From: Ruminococcus sp.
GTDB lineage: Bacteria > Bacillota > Clostridia > Oscillospirales > Acutalibacteraceae
DNA length: 56,934 nt
Assembly (NCBI GenBank): GCA_045540595.1
Contig: JAZQHL010000165.1
Location: 1-56,934 of the forward strand
Reading direction: 5' to 3'
A program made the position numbers and the translations under genes. Below are positions 37,972 through 47,912 of this stretch, piece after piece. Below the pieces are notes generated by a model. The model was not told the DNA's origin. It ran no database searches and was given only the letters and a program-made list of their open reading frames with translations. Each line of letters begins with the position of its first letter. Position 1 is the stretch's first letter.

Positions 37972-39156
37972 TCAGAGTTTTAAGTTATTCTCAATGGAAC
38001 GTTTCAGAAAATCCAATGCGTTTTCACGCTCTGTGCTGATTATTTCATCACTTCCAGAGAAGTCTGCAGATGTAAAATCGTGATTGCACATAGAGGAGTA
38101 CATACGGTCTTCCATTTTGAATTTTCCAAGAAGAGTCCTGAGTCTGGATCCCATTGAGCGCCCGTCCTCTACGCGGTCAAATACAACAAAATCACGTTTG
38201 AAAATTATGGAGAAAACCGCTGCGTGGAAAGAGTCGGTGAATACAGCATCAGCGTGGTGTATCAGATAGATAAACTCTGCAGGACCTGCAGAGTAGAACT
38301 CCTGTTCTCTCAGGTCAAGGAGATTTATTACCTGAAGGTTCTTTTCTTTTGCAACCTTATCTATATATCTGCGGTATCTGTTGGTTTCATTACCGAGAAA
38401 ATAGGTGAGGGCATAGGGCTTGTCTGTAGAAAAGGCAGGTTTTGACTCAACCTCTGTCCACTGTTGTTTTGTTACAGTCAGAGTCGGGTCACAGATAACC
38501 TCTGCTTCTTTTCCTGTGAGTTCTTTGATAATCTCAGCACCTCTTTCTTCTCTGACAGAAATCATGGGGATTTCCGAGAGCCACTGTGCATAAGGCTCTC
38601 TGGTGAAAGAGGGGAGTTCTGAGATGCCGAAGGAAGGCGCAAAGGTGAGTTTCTTTTCAGGTCGTGTGAAGTACAGAAACTTGACTTCTGAGGTGCTTGG
38701 GTATGTGGGATTCCATACCTGGTCAGAGCCCACAGAGAAAAAGTCGAATTCACTTAATCTTTCAGCAGGAATGTTGTCAAGATTAATATCGTATTCTGTA
38801 TGTGGAATGTGTTTGTCGAAAAAGTTTCTGAAAGAGGCTGTGCGGTCTTTTCTTATTTTTGTATAGATATCAGCATTTATCTTCTTTCTGATGATAGAGG
38901 GAATAAGACGATCACGCTGGTTCTTCATAAGATACTTTGTGCTGAGTCTGACCTTGATAACCTTAAGAATATATGAGGGGCTGAGTTTAGAGGCTGTGCT
39001 CTGTCTGCCATGGGTGACTTTGATTCCCCTGGTTGTGCTGTCGTGGATTGTGACAGCTTCATACCCTAAAGACTCGTATGCTTTTTTTACAGCGAAGTTC
39101 TGGAGCATTCCGCCGTAGTTTTCACCTTTTGACAATGTAATGATTCCGATTTTCAT
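37972..39156 (-). CDS. Polysaccharide pyruvyl transferase family protein
   Basis: NYGGMLQNFA, GSDQVWNP, SVREE, DPTL, TDSFHA. Confidence 0.9.
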   Translation of the reverse strand: MKIGIITLSKGENYGGMLQNFAVKKAYESLGYEAVTIHDSTTRGIKVTHGRQSTASKLSPSYILKVIKVRLSTKYLMKNQRDRLIPSIIRKKINADIYTKIRKDRTASFRNFFDKHIPHTEYDINLDNIPAERLSEFDFFSVGSDQVWNPTYPSTSEVKFLYFTRPEKKLTFAPSFGISELPSFTREPYAQWLSEIPMISVREERGAEIIKELTGKEAEVICDPTLTVTKQQWTEVESKPAFSTDKPYALTYFLGNETNRYRRYIDKVAKEKNLQVINLLDLREQEFYSAGPAEFIYLIHHADAVFTDSFHAAVFSIIFKRDFVVFDRVEDGRSMGSRLRTLLGKFKMEDRMYSSMCNHDFTSADFSGSDEIISTERENALDFLKRSIENNLKL

Positions 39157-39192
39157 ATATAGCCTCCTGCAAGGCGTGTGGTGTAAATATAG

Positions 39193-40311
39193 TTATGCAT
39201 ATTTGTTGTAATATGCTTCGGCTCTGTCAAATACCCAGTTCCATTCGCCGGTTTTTGAAGCATCAATGTATAACCAGACAATGGCATAAAGTATGAGTAC
39301 TACTGCTTTTATAATAAATTGTTGGTTTTTATCAAATTTATTAATCAGGAACAAAAGCGACAATGGAATAAAGGGAAGGAAATAAATACCGGCTCTGTTC
39401 AGATATGCACTGTTTGATGTGGCTACAGTAATCGCTGAATTTGCAAAGATAAAGCCCATATAGAAATTCTCTTCTGCTGAGAATGTGTTCTTTTGGATAA
39501 CAAGGAAAAAGTAAAGCAAAATGGGAGCCAAAGAGATAACAACACGCAGGGGGTGAATTGTGTTTTGTGCATACTGTGTGTCTGCTCCGCCTGTTTCATT
39601 GTCCTTCAATATACCTACAAGTTCAAACAAGAAATCGTATGAGTAAATCAAAACAATACCGCTTACCATAATAAACAGTATTTTTTTGATATCAAGTTTT
39701 TTTGTAATCAGGAAGTAGATAGGAAGCATAATCAATGCCGTAATATGAAAGGAAGAGGCTATAAAAACCACAATACAGTATTTAATGAGCTTTCTATCAA
39801 AAATAAACCGGTGCCCTGCAAAAAGTATTGCTGCAGCAAGATACTGGCGAACACCATTAAAGCAACCGCTCCAACAAGAGGTGAAGATGTAAAGCATAAT
39901 TACAAAGAAAAAATCATTGGTATGCTTTGACAGTGTGAATACAAATAAAGAAATGGTCAGAGCTGCTGTTACAAAAATAAAGGCTGCACCGTCTTGTGAG
40001 AAAAAATAGAGTATCTTTGCAATAAGAGCAATTCCGGGTTCGTCCCAATTGGCAAGACGCGTTGGCAGTTCCTGAACATATCTGACATATCCCCAGTAAT
40101 ATCCGCCGAAATCTGCACCTACATAGAAACGGAGTCCGCCAACAGTAGAAAGTATGGCTGCACAAACAAAAACAAACAGATAGTAGGAGGTCAGCTTTCC
40201 TGTTCCAGCTTTGCCGGTGACAGGGTTTGTGGCAAATGCATAGGTATACTGTCTGTTTGCAAGAAAAGCAAACAATGCAACTGCCACAGCAGTGAGTATC
40301 ATAACCTGCAT
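39193..40311 (-). CDS. Second EpsG-family polysaccharide polymerase (Wzy-like)
   Basis: GLRFYVGADF..Y, EPG, NGVRQYLA, FHITA; multi-TM. Confidence 0.85.
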   Translation of the reverse strand: MQVMILTAVAVALFAFLANRQYTYAFATNPVTGKAGTGKLTSYYLFVFVCAAILSTVGGLRFYVGADFGGYYWGYVRYVQELPTRLANWDEPGIALIAKILYFFSQDGAAFIFVTAALTISLFVFTLSKHTNDFFFVIMLYIFTSCWSGCFNGVRQYLAAAILFAGHRFIFDRKLIKYCIVVFIASSFHITALIMLPIYFLITKKLDIKKILFIMVSGIVLIYSYDFLFELVGILKDNETGGADTQYAQNTIHPLRVVISLAPILLYFFLVIQKNTFSAEENFYMGFIFANSAITVATSNSAYLNRAGIYFLPFIPLSLLFLINKFDKNQQFIIKAVVLILYAIVWLYIDASKTGEWNWVFDRAEAYYNKYA

Positions 40312-40365
40312 ACATATTCCTCCTTTACATTTTAGTTACTTGTATTCTGAATTATAAAAGGTTAT

Positions 40366-41259
40366 TTATGATAAATCTAACCAATCACCCAGGCGTCTTT
40401 CCCATTCCGGTGGCTGAAAAAGTTGAAAACCGCCGCCATGGAAAAATGTGTACTCTCCAAAATAAATCTGTCCGTTAAGTTCATACAAATCAATTCTGAC
40501 AAATCTGATACCTTTTGAGAGTTTTGCGGCAATCTCTTTCATCTCTTCGAACATGTCGGGTTTTGGGATGGGCTTTTCAGAGTGAGGGTGGTCATAGGTG
40601 ATATCAAGAAGATTGAAATCCATATCAAAAAAGTCGAATTTACATTCGGTACTTCTGTCTGTTGCAATGAACATGACCTTAGGAACACCGTTAAAGCAGA
40701 AGAATTTGTAGTCTTCGATGCTGGAACCGGGGTCAGATTCTTTGGCCATAAGTTGTTCTGCAATAATATATCGTGGTAATCCTTTGTAGGGATATTCACG
40801 TCCTGCGAAAAAGAAATCGTTGCTGAGTCTGGTTTCAAAGTGTTTTTTCAGTTCAGATAAATCGTCTTGAGACAGCGAAGATTTATTTCTGATAATCTTT
40901 GTGCTTCCTGAATCGTGGTTACACTTGAGCACGAAATTTTCAGGGAGCTTTGAAAAATCAATTTCATCAAAGTTTTTCCAGTATCCCAGAAGCGGAAAAA
41001 GGTATTCCTTACCCAGAGTGGCATCAATATGCTCACGCACAGCCAGTTTGTCAACCAGCTTACCGTATTCAGGGTGTATGTCGTTGAGTTTTAACCATTG
41101 TTGTTTTTCATTGAAAAGCTTTGGATTTTTAAAGTTGATAAACTTTCTTGTTGTTGAAAAGTAGAAAAGTTGAAGATAAAGCTTATCAGGCAGGAATGAC
41201 AGTGAGTGTTTCACCTTGCTACGGAAGCCCCTGCCGAAAATTTTACGTAAATCTATCAA
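40366..41259 (-). CDS. TupA-like ATP-grasp protein
   Basis: NPKLFNEK.QWLKL, DKLAVR, FVLKCNHDSG, DYKFFCFNG, VRIDLY, GEYTF. Confidence 0.9.
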   Translation of the reverse strand: MIDLRKIFGRGFRSKVKHSLSFLPDKLYLQLFYFSTTRKFINFKNPKLFNEKQQWLKLNDIHPEYGKLVDKLAVREHIDATLGKEYLFPLLGYWKNFDEIDFSKLPENFVLKCNHDSGSTKIIRNKSSLSQDDLSELKKHFETRLSNDFFFAGREYPYKGLPRYIIAEQLMAKESDPGSSIEDYKFFCFNGVPKVMFIATDRSTECKFDFFDMDFNLLDITYDHPHSEKPIPKPDMFEEMKEIAAKLSKGIRFVRIDLYELNGQIYFGEYTFFHGGGFQLFQPPEWERRLGDWLDLS

Positions 41260-41295
41260 ATTGAAAAACCTCTTTCTATATGGATGGGTTGTTAT

Positions 41296-42273
41296 TTACA
41301 AATTTTCTTTGTACCATTCAATAGCAAGTTTAATGCCGTCCTGGAAACTGTAGTCGGGGTCGTAGCCCAAAAGCTCTCTTGCCTTGGAAATATCGGCGTT
41401 TGAGTGTTTGATATCACCTGCTCTGTCAGGGCCGAAGTTGGGCTCAACGCCCTCTTTGCCCAGAGCCTTTGTAAGACCGTAGTAGATGTCAATGAGGAAC
41501 TCTCTGCCGCCGTATGCTACGTTGAATGCTTCGCCTGCAGCCTCTGAGGCAGCAAGACAAGCCTTGAGGTTTGCTTCAACTACATTTTCAACGTATGTAA
41601 AGTCACGGGACTGTTTTCCGTCACCATTGATGGTGGGAACTTCACCGTTTAAAAGCTGTTTGATGAATTTGGGAATAACAGCAGCATAAGCGCCGTCAGG
41701 GTCCTGACGTCTGCCGAATACATTGAAGTAACGCATTCCGTAGGTGTCAAGTCCGTAGAGCTTTTTGTAGAGCTTGCCGTATTCTTCGTCAACTCTCTTT
41801 GTAAGAGCATAGGGGGAGAGCAGGTTACCCTCTCTGCCTTCTTTTTTAGGCAGGTTAGGCTCGTCGCCATAAACAGATGAGGAAGAGGCATAAACAAACT
41901 TCTTGACACCATTCCTTCTGGCGGCTTCCATCATATTGAGAGTTCCGCCGATGTTGATGTCTTCGTACAGAAGAGGCATCTCGATAGAGCGGGGTACAGA
42001 GCCCCATGCAGCCTGGTTAAGTACGAAGTCTACACCCTCGCAAGCCTTCATACAAGTGTCAAGGTCGCGGATGTCACCTTCAATAAAAGTGAAGTTGGGA
42101 TTCTGGATAAACTCGTCCATATTGGACTTTTTGCCTGTAGAAAGATTATCCAGACAGCGGACTGTATATCCCATTTCAAGGATAGCCTGACAAAGATTGG
42201 AACCGATAAATCCTGCACCGCCTGTTACAAGGAATACTGAATTTTCGGGAAACTTAAGATGTTTGTAGCCCAT
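41296..42273 (-). CDS. UDP-GlcNAc(A) C4-epimerase (WbpP/TviC-like)
   Basis: GGAGFIGS, QAAWGSVPRS, ASSSSVYGD, SPYALTK, YFNVFGRRQDPDGAYAAVIP. Confidence 0.92.
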   Translation of the reverse strand: MGYKHLKFPENSVFLVTGGAGFIGSNLCQAILEMGYTVRCLDNLSTGKKSNMDEFIQNPNFTFIEGDIRDLDTCMKACEGVDFVLNQAAWGSVPRSIEMPLLYEDINIGGTLNMMEAARRNGVKKFVYASSSSVYGDEPNLPKKEGREGNLLSPYALTKRVDEEYGKLYKKLYGLDTYGMRYFNVFGRRQDPDGAYAAVIPKFIKQLLNGEVPTINGDGKQSRDFTYVENVVEANLKACLAASEAAGEAFNVAYGGREFLIDIYYGLTKALGKEGVEPNFGPDRAGDIKHSNADISKARELLGYDPDYSFQDGIKLAIEWYKENL

Positions 42274-42291
42274 GATATTTTCTCCTTGGTA

Positions 42292-43605
42292 TTATAATCT
42301 CCAGTAAATGTAGCCTGCGGATTCGTATTCTTTTCTGTTGAGAAGTCCCTTGATATCAAGGAGGACAGGAGTGTGCTCACCTGAATAGAACTTACTCATA
42401 TCTTCCATAGTGAAAGAGGAGAATTCCTCGTGAGCAACTGCAAGGATTACTGCGTCCATATCTTTGATGGTGCTCATATCAGCAAACTCCATACCATACT
42501 CGTGGAGAGCCTCCTGTGCATCTGCAACAGGGTCTGCAATGACAGGTGTGATGCCGTATTCCTTGAGTTCATTTACAATGTCAATGATTCTTGTGTTTCT
42601 TGTATCAGGGCAATTCTCCTTGAAAGTAAAGCCGAGAATTGCAACCTTTGCACTCTTTACAGGGATATCAGCCTGAATGAGTTTCTTAACCAGTGACTCA
42701 ACAACATACTTGCCCATATCGTCGTTGATGCGTCTGCCTGAAAGAATGATCTGAGAGTGATAGCCCATCTGCTCTGCCTTGTATGTAAGGTAGTAAGGGT
42801 CTACACCGATGCAGTGACCGCCAACAAGTCCGGGGAAGAACTTAAGGAAGTTCCACTTGGTGCCTGCCGCCTCAAGCACAGCCTTTGTATCAATATTCAT
42901 CTTGTTGAAGATGATGGAAAGCTCGTTCATAAATGCAATGTTGATATCGCGCTGGGAGTTTTCAATAACCTTTGCGGCCTCTGCAACCTTGATGCTCTCT
43001 GCTCTGTGAACGCCTGCCTCAACTACAAGCTCGTAAACATTTGCAACCTCTTCCAAAGTTTCTTCGTCCATACCTGAAACGATTTTTACGATGGTTTCAA
43101 GGCGGTGAACCTTGTCACCGGGATTTATGCGCTCGGGAGAATAACCGATTTTGAAGTCAACGCCGCACTTAAGACCTGACTCAGCCTCAAGGATAGGTAC
43201 ACATACATCTTCTGTTACACCGGGATAAACGGTGGATTCGTAAACAACAATGGAGCCCTTTGTAAGATACTTGCCCAGGATATGGCTTGCACCCTCTACG
43301 GGAGAAAGGTCGGGGGTATGGTCTGCGTTTACGGGTGTGGGTACTGCCACAATGTGAAACTTAGCTTCACGGAGTCTTTCAGGGTCAGCTGTGAAATCAA
43401 CTGTACAAGCCTTGATTGCTTCATCGCCCACTTCCTTTGTGGGATCAACACCACTTTTGTACAGGTCGATTTTAGCCTTGTTTACGTCAAAGCCGATAAC
43501 CTCTGCCTTCTTTGAGAAGGAAACAGCAATGGGCATACCAACGTAACCCAGACCAACAAGGGAGATTTTTTCTTCTCTGTTTACAATTTTCTGATAGAGT
43601 GACAT
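42292..43605 (-). CDS. UDP-N-acetylhexosamine 6-dehydrogenase (WbpO/TviB-like)
   Basis: GLGYVGMP, ESTVYPG, SPERINPG, GLVGGHCIGVDPYYL, TFKENCPD; ATG 43605 chosen by RBS spacing. Confidence 0.93.
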   Translation of the reverse strand: MSLYQKIVNREEKISLVGLGYVGMPIAVSFSKKAEVIGFDVNKAKIDLYKSGVDPTKEVGDEAIKACTVDFTADPERLREAKFHIVAVPTPVNADHTPDLSPVEGASHILGKYLTKGSIVVYESTVYPGVTEDVCVPILEAESGLKCGVDFKIGYSPERINPGDKVHRLETIVKIVSGMDEETLEEVANVYELVVEAGVHRAESIKVAEAAKVIENSQRDINIAFMNELSIIFNKMNIDTKAVLEAAGTKWNFLKFFPGLVGGHCIGVDPYYLTYKAEQMGYHSQIILSGRRINDDMGKYVVESLVKKLIQADIPVKSAKVAILGFTFKENCPDTRNTRIIDIVNELKEYGITPVIADPVADAQEALHEYGMEFADMSTIKDMDAVILAVAHEEFSSFTMEDMSKFYSGEHTPVLLDIKGLLNRKEYESAGYIYWRL

Positions 43606-43607
43606 AT

Positions 43608-44744
43608 TCATTCCTCCGCTTTCTGTATATCCAGATGACCCAGTAAGGTTTTGTTTACCTTGCGGACGTCAAATTTTTCCTGACAATATTTATAGCTTTC
43701 TTCACCCATGCTTCTGATGAGTTCAGGGGTTTCTATGAACCTGCACATTGTGTCAGCAAGGGCTTTCGGATCGCCTACGGGAACAAGGTATCCTGTCTTG
43801 CCGTCAATTACGGTTTCTCTGCAACCGGGAGCATCGGTAACAATAACCGCTCTTCCCATTGACATTGCCTCCTGCACTGTTCTGGGAATACCCTCACGGT
43901 ATGACGGAAGCACAAAAACCGAGCACTGGCGGTAGTAAATGCGTACATCGGGATGTTCGGGATAATACTCAATGGCACCGCTGTCAATGTACTTCTGCAC
44001 CTGCTCTTTTTTCAGTGAATCCTGCATGGATTCGTCTATTTCACCTAAGTACATAATCCGCACGTTGGGATGTTTATCGTGAACAATCTGTGCTGCCTCA
44101 AGATATTCCTCCACACCCTTGCATTTGAGTGCTCTGGAAAGCATAAAGAACACAGGCTCTTCGGGAAGAGGTGCTCTTTCAAACCTCTCCATATTAACAC
44201 CTGAGCCGTTCACACGGCGGCATTTCTTTTCTTTCAGCAGTTTCAGTGAAACAAAATCGCTCATATCATCAGGATTCATAAAGATAACCTTGTCAGCGCA
44301 GGAAAAACCAATACGATAAAGCATCTTTACAATAACACGGATGATTTTTGCCTTGGTGGTCTTAGCGGCAAACACATAACCTGCACCTGCAATCATAGAG
44401 TAGATGTGAGGAACTTTTGCAAGCTTTGCTGCAATTGCACCGTAGATGACGGGTTTGATTGTGTAGCCGAAGGTAATATCCGGTTTTTCTTTTCTGAAAA
44501 GTTTCCTCAAGGCATTTATATACCTTAAATCTTCGACAGCGTTCACACCTGTCTTTTCCATAGGAATTTTTACAAACCGTGCACCCAGAGCCTCGATTTT
44601 ATCTACGTCAATATCGTTAGGACCCGTAACAATAACATCATACCCCAGGTTTACGATATCTCTGATAAGGTCGCCTCTGAAATTCCAGGCGGTTCTGTTT
44701 TTCGGCGAAATCAGTACAAATTTCACTTTACATCCTGCTTTCAA
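43608..44744 (-). CDS. GT4 glycosyltransferase (CapM/WbuB-like)
   Basis: TIKPVIYG, GSGVN, PSYREGIPR...EAM, DAPGCRE; the start may instead be GTG 44726. Confidence 0.9.
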   Translation of the reverse strand: MKAGCKVKFVLISPKNRTAWNFRGDLIRDIVNLGYDVIVTGPNDIDVDKIEALGARFVKIPMEKTGVNAVEDLRYINALRKLFRKEKPDITFGYTIKPVIYGAIAAKLAKVPHIYSMIAGAGYVFAAKTTKAKIIRVIVKMLYRIGFSCADKVIFMNPDDMSDFVSLKLLKEKKCRRVNGSGVNMERFERAPLPEEPVFFMLSRALKCKGVEEYLEAAQIVHDKHPNVRIMYLGEIDESMQDSLKKEQVQKYIDSGAIEYYPEHPDVRIYYRQCSVFVLPSYREGIPRTVQEAMSMGRAVIVTDAPGCRETVIDGKTGYLVPVGDPKALADTMCRFIETPELIRSMGEESYKYCQEKFDVRKVNKTLLGHLDIQKAEE

Positions 44745-44762
44745 CTTAAACTGCGTTAAGGC

Positions 44763-45821
44763 TTATTTTTTTATGTCTGCACTTTCAATGAGTTCGTCCA
44801 TAAGTTTTTCTATGGGGTAGCCCACTGCATCCATCATCATTGGATACATACTGATGGCTGTGAACCCGGGGAGAGTGTTTATTTCGTTGAATACAACCCT
44901 GTCAGTGCCTTTTTCAAGGAAGAAGTCTACTCTGGAAAGGCCGTTGCAGCCTAAAATTCTGAATATAGCCTCAGCGTAATCTCTGATTGTTTCGTTGATT
45001 CCTTCGGGAAGGTCAGGAGAGAGCACAGTTTTTGAGTCTGCGTTGTTGTACTTTGCTTCATAACTGTAGAACACATCACCTGCTACTGCTTCGCCTGCGT
45101 TGGAGCAAGTGATTCTGCCTTTGTTTTCAAGCACTGCACACTCAAGTTCCCTGCCTGTGATGGCTTCTTCAATAAGTACCTTTGAATCGTGTGTAAGGGC
45201 AAGCTCAACTGCATCAACAAGAGCGTCTCTGTCTTCTGCCTTTGATACACCCTGAGAAGAGCCGGATTTGCAGGGCTTTACAAACATAGGATAACCCAGT
45301 TTGTTTTCGGCTTCTTCAATGTAGTTATCGGTATCGTTCTTTCTTACAAGCACATACTTTGCCTGAGGAATATATCCGAGACTTTCAACTATAATCTTTG
45401 TGTATGCTTTGTCCATAGATACGCCTGAGGAAACTACTCCGCAGCCTACATATGGAATTCCGCAAAGTTCAAAAAGTCCCTGAATGGTGCCGTCTTCACC
45501 GTTTTTTCCGTGAAGTACGGGGATAATTATATCCACAGTAATCAGGGTGTTGTTTCCGTCCAGAAGGAGGAGTCCTTTTGCTGTGGTGTTGGGAGAGAGT
45601 ACGCAGGTTACGTTTGATTCCTCCTGTGCCCACTCGCCTGTGGGAATGAGGGCAGTGTCACCTGTGTAGTAAATCCAGTCTCCGTTTTTCTTTATGCCAA
45701 CATAGTGTTTTTCATATTTGTCTTCGGAAATGTTGTTTACAAAACTCATTACCGATTTACAGGAAACCTCGTGCTCTGTGGAGTTTCCTCCGAAAATGAT
45801 AAGAATACTTTTTTTGTTCAT
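44763..45821 (-). CDS. ddl: D-alanine--D-alanine ligase
   Basis: FGGNSTEHEVS, LHGKNGEDGTIQG, VKP..SGSS.GV, FYSYEAKY (Tyr, so D-Ala-D-Ala type), NEINTLPGFT; ATG 45821. Confidence 0.95.
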   Translation of the reverse strand: MNKKSILIIFGGNSTEHEVSCKSVMSFVNNISEDKYEKHYVGIKKNGDWIYYTGDTALIPTGEWAQEESNVTCVLSPNTTAKGLLLLDGNNTLITVDIIIPVLHGKNGEDGTIQGLFELCGIPYVGCGVVSSGVSMDKAYTKIIVESLGYIPQAKYVLVRKNDTDNYIEEAENKLGYPMFVKPCKSGSSQGVSKAEDRDALVDAVELALTHDSKVLIEEAITGRELECAVLENKGRITCSNAGEAVAGDVFYSYEAKYNNADSKTVLSPDLPEGINETIRDYAEAIFRILGCNGLSRVDFFLEKGTDRVVFNEINTLPGFTAISMYPMMMDAVGYPIEKLMDELIESADIKK

Positions 45822-45855
45822 ATAAAACCTTCCAGATAAATAAGTTAGTATATGT

Positions 45856-46773
45856 TTAAGTGGTTTTGCCAAAATCAAATTCAGCAAGATTCTGACAGAT
45901 AAGGCTGAAAAGTCTGCCTGAATTTCCGTCAGAAACAAAACTGTTGTGAGGAGTTATGATAACCCTGGGGTCTGACCAGAGTGGACTTGACTGAGAAAGT
46001 GGCTCTTCTTCAAACACATCAAGTGCAACTCCGAGTAATTTACCTTCTGAGAGAATATCAGCAAGAGCCTGCTCGTCTATAATGGGACCTCGTGATACAT
46101 TCACAAGGACACTTGAGTCTTTCATAAGAGAAAGAGTTTCTTTGTTGAAAAGACCCTTTGTTTTTTCTGTAAGAGGGAGAGTGAGCACCACAATATCTGC
46201 GGTGGGCAGAACTTCGTTGAGTTCCTCCATAGGGTGGAATTCGTCAAAATGCTCACAGCCGTTATCGTAAATATCTGCCGCAAGAATTTTTGCGTTGAAG
46301 GCGCTGAGCCTCTTTGCGCACTCTGTGCCCACAGAGCCTGCACCCACTATAAGAATCCTTTTGTCTGTAAGTTCAAGGAGATTCCGCTGTTTCTGCCATA
46401 CTTTCTTTTTCTGCTGAGCATAGAACTCTGCAGAACGTTTGTAGATTTCAAGTATCTTCAGTACAACCCACTCTGCCATAGGCGTGCTGTATACACCCCT
46501 TGCGTTGAACAGAGCAATGCCCTTTGAGGCAAAGTAACCTACAGGAACGCGGTCAAAGCCTACGCTTGTAAGTTGTACTGCCTTGAGGTTTGTGAAACTT
46601 TCGGGAGGATTGTGCTGGAACAGATTATTGCATACCACTGCATCAAACTGTGAGCAGTCTGTGCTGAGAGGCTCCAGCTCGTTCTGGACAAAGGTAATCT
46701 CGAAGCCTTTTGCTTTCAGAATATTCAGTTGTTCCTCAGTGTATGTTGCTGCGCCGGTCAGAAGCAGTTTCAT
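45856..46773 (-). CDS. D-isomer-specific 2-hydroxyacid dehydrogenase
   Basis: GAGSVG Rossmann motif, LPLT..T, NVSRG, LDVFEEEPL, ITPH. Confidence 0.92.
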   Translation of the reverse strand: MKLLLTGAATYTEEQLNILKAKGFEITFVQNELEPLSTDCSQFDAVVCNNLFQHNPPESFTNLKAVQLTSVGFDRVPVGYFASKGIALFNARGVYSTPMAEWVVLKILEIYKRSAEFYAQQKKKVWQKQRNLLELTDKRILIVGAGSVGTECAKRLSAFNAKILAADIYDNGCEHFDEFHPMEELNEVLPTADIVVLTLPLTEKTKGLFNKETLSLMKDSSVLVNVSRGPIIDEQALADILSEGKLLGVALDVFEEEPLSQSSPLWSDPRVIITPHNSFVSDGNSGRLFSLICQNLAEFDFGKTT

Positions 46774-46850
46774 AATCTTTCTCCTGTGTTGTTAATGGTT
46801 ATGATTAATTCTACGGGATTTAATCGGTATGTATGCAAAGCGCGAAAGGC

Positions 46851-47519
46851 TTATCTTGCGGAGGCCTCAGAAGGGATTTTGTCCTGCGCAGTGGTGGTTT
46901 CTTCTTTTTCTTTTTGAGCCTTTGCAGCAGTTTCCTTTGTGTTTTCGTTGTCAGCGTTTGTGAAAACCTTGAAAATAGAAATGAAGAAGATTTTTAAATC
47001 CAGCAGGAAGGAAACGTTTTCTGTATACCATACGTTAAGTTCAATTCTTCTGTTCCATTCAACGTCTTTTCTGCCGTTGATCTGAGCCCAGCCTGTAACA
47101 CCCGGGCGTACAGAAAACATACGGAACTGCTCCTGTGTGTATTTGTCAACTGTCCAGGGATGGTATGTAAGGGGAGGTCTGGGACCGATAAGGCTCATAT
47201 CGCCTTTGAGAATGTTTACAAGCTGAGGAAGTTCATCAATGCTGGTAGCGCGTATGAATTTGCCTACTTTTGTTACTCGTGAATCAGATTTGCCTGAGTA
47301 AACACCTGAGCCTGTGTGCTCAGCACCCACGCACATACTGCGGAATTTGTAAATTTTAAAAACCTTTCCGCCTTTTCCGAGCCTTTCCTGCTTGAAAATA
47401 ACAGGACCTTTTGATTCGAGTTTTATGGCGATGGCTGTTATCAGCATCACGGGTGAAAGTATCACAAGAGCCAGCAAGGATATGATTATATCTGATGCTC
47501 GTTTGACAAATGAATACAT
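46851..47519 (-). CDS. Initiating polyprenol-phosphate phosphoglycosyltransferase (PglC-like)
   Basis: KRASDI, KFRSM, DELPQL.NILKGDMSLIGPRP, PGVTGWAQ; ATG 47519 follows AAGGGGA. Confidence 0.92.
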   Translation of the reverse strand: MYSFVKRASDIIISLLALVILSPVMLITAIAIKLESKGPVIFKQERLGKGGKVFKIYKFRSMCVGAEHTGSGVYSGKSDSRVTKVGKFIRATSIDELPQLVNILKGDMSLIGPRPPLTYHPWTVDKYTQEQFRMFSVRPGVTGWAQINGRKDVEWNRRIELNVWYTENVSFLLDLKIFFISIFKVFTNADNENTKETAAKAQKEKEETTTAQDKIPSEASAR

Positions 47520-47605
47520 TAAAACTTCCCCTTTTATACACATATTCCTTACATATTTGGTATGTAAGACTCGCTTACACAATATAAACCTATTATAACA
47601 GATTA

Positions 47606-47633
47606 ATTATATCACAAATGAAGGAAAAATCAA
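47606..47633 (-). promoter_or_regulatory. Putative sigmaA promoter of the leftward polysaccharide operon
   Basis: Minus strand TTGATT-16 nt-TATAAT with extended TG. Confidence 0.5.
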
Positions 47634-47785
47634 TTATATTTGTATAAAAAGTAGCATTAGAAAGAAAACCCCTTAAAAGAGGGGACGATGAAGACAAGGT
47701 GTTTCTTGTGTGAAAACATACTTGTGTGAGGTTTTTTAGGAATAAGGGGTTTATGCAAAATATGCAAAAACAACTGTAAGAATTG

Positions 47786-47814
47786 TTGACTTTGGGGTTA
47801 CTTTGTATTATAAT
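47786..47814 (+). promoter_or_regulatory. Putative sigmaA promoter of capD-glmS
   Basis: TTGACT-17 nt-TATAAT. Confidence 0.7.
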
Positions 47815-47912
47815 TTTGATGAATTATTATGAAATAGTGTGTGGTTTTGACTTTTGATAAGTCGGATTATCTGAAAATTTTGGTTTGTGCTTTATAGATA
47901 ACGGAGCAGAGT

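Noticed and set aside
44763-46773. vanH-vanA-like glycopeptide resistance cassette
   Set aside because: The ligase has the Tyr-type omega loop, and there is no vanX, vanY or adjacent vanRS
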